From IMG/VR virus record IMGVR_UViG_3300044619_000874, positions 1 to 62,604 of that record: a stretch of 62,604 bases of DNA; one strand, 5' to 3'. Numbering within the stretch: the stretch's first letter is position 1; each line of letters begins with the position of its first letter. The translations under genes and the position numbers were made by a program. Source of the stretch: a virus. Taxonomy: Duplodnaviria > Caudoviricetes. Below are positions 62,485 through 62,604 of this stretch, in pieces. Under the pieces are notes generated by a model. That model saw nothing but the letters and a program-made list of their open reading frames with translations, searched no databases and was not told the DNA's origin.

Positions 62485-62604
62485 GGATTCGTAGTACTTC
62501 AAAACCCAAAGGTGAAACATGAACGTCTCGTCTCTGCCCTCTGCCAATGAGGGTGCTCTGGTCTGGGTCAATCAAGCCGGTCGCGTCCGCGTTGACGTGG
62601 TTCG
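62479..62604. repeat. Terminal direct repeat, right copy
   Basis: Identical to 7-132. Confidence 0.95.

Overview
This window is an apparently complete, circularly assembled, GC-rich temperate tailed-phage genome of about 62.5 kb; positions 7-132 are repeated exactly at 62479-62604. The gene set looks podovirus-like. SHD1-like domains, a PEP-CTERM protein and Cys-rich GxCC modules suggest, by inference, a Planctomycetota/PVC host. Layout: (i) A + strand early/accessory region wraps the junction (57522-62604 then 1-6042). It holds small genes, a gp88-like Cys-cluster protein, ASCH, a MoxR-type AAA ATPase with a vWA/HEXXH partner, an HNH and a serine recombinase. It is punctuated by a strand-specific 15-mer, GCGGCTAGTAGTTCT, and by GC-rich hairpins. 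(ii) A - strand DNA metabolism operon (5948-13914) encodes RecE-like exonuclease, ERF, SF2 helicase, HNH, Holliday junction resolvase, PD-(D/E)XK nuclease, dATP/dGTP diphosphohydrolase and a sigma factor. (iii) A tyrosine integrase lies next to a 3'-half tRNA-Pro(CGG) attP-like core, which sits inside the 5' end of the RecE-like ORF. (iv) A long - strand virion region (15556-50258) encodes scaffold, capsid, terminase, portal, a multi-gene fibre cluster, tail adaptor/nozzle, a 745-aa Cys-rich repeat protein and large ejection-type proteins. (v) A - strand accessory block includes SSB. The most notable observations are the attP-in-gene switch, the motif/hairpin-punctuated early region bracketed by an HNH-recombinase-domain fusion and a serine recombinase, a fibre motif split between consecutive genes, and SHD1-like repeats in a virion-region protein. 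All family calls come from reading motifs by eye; no database search was run.
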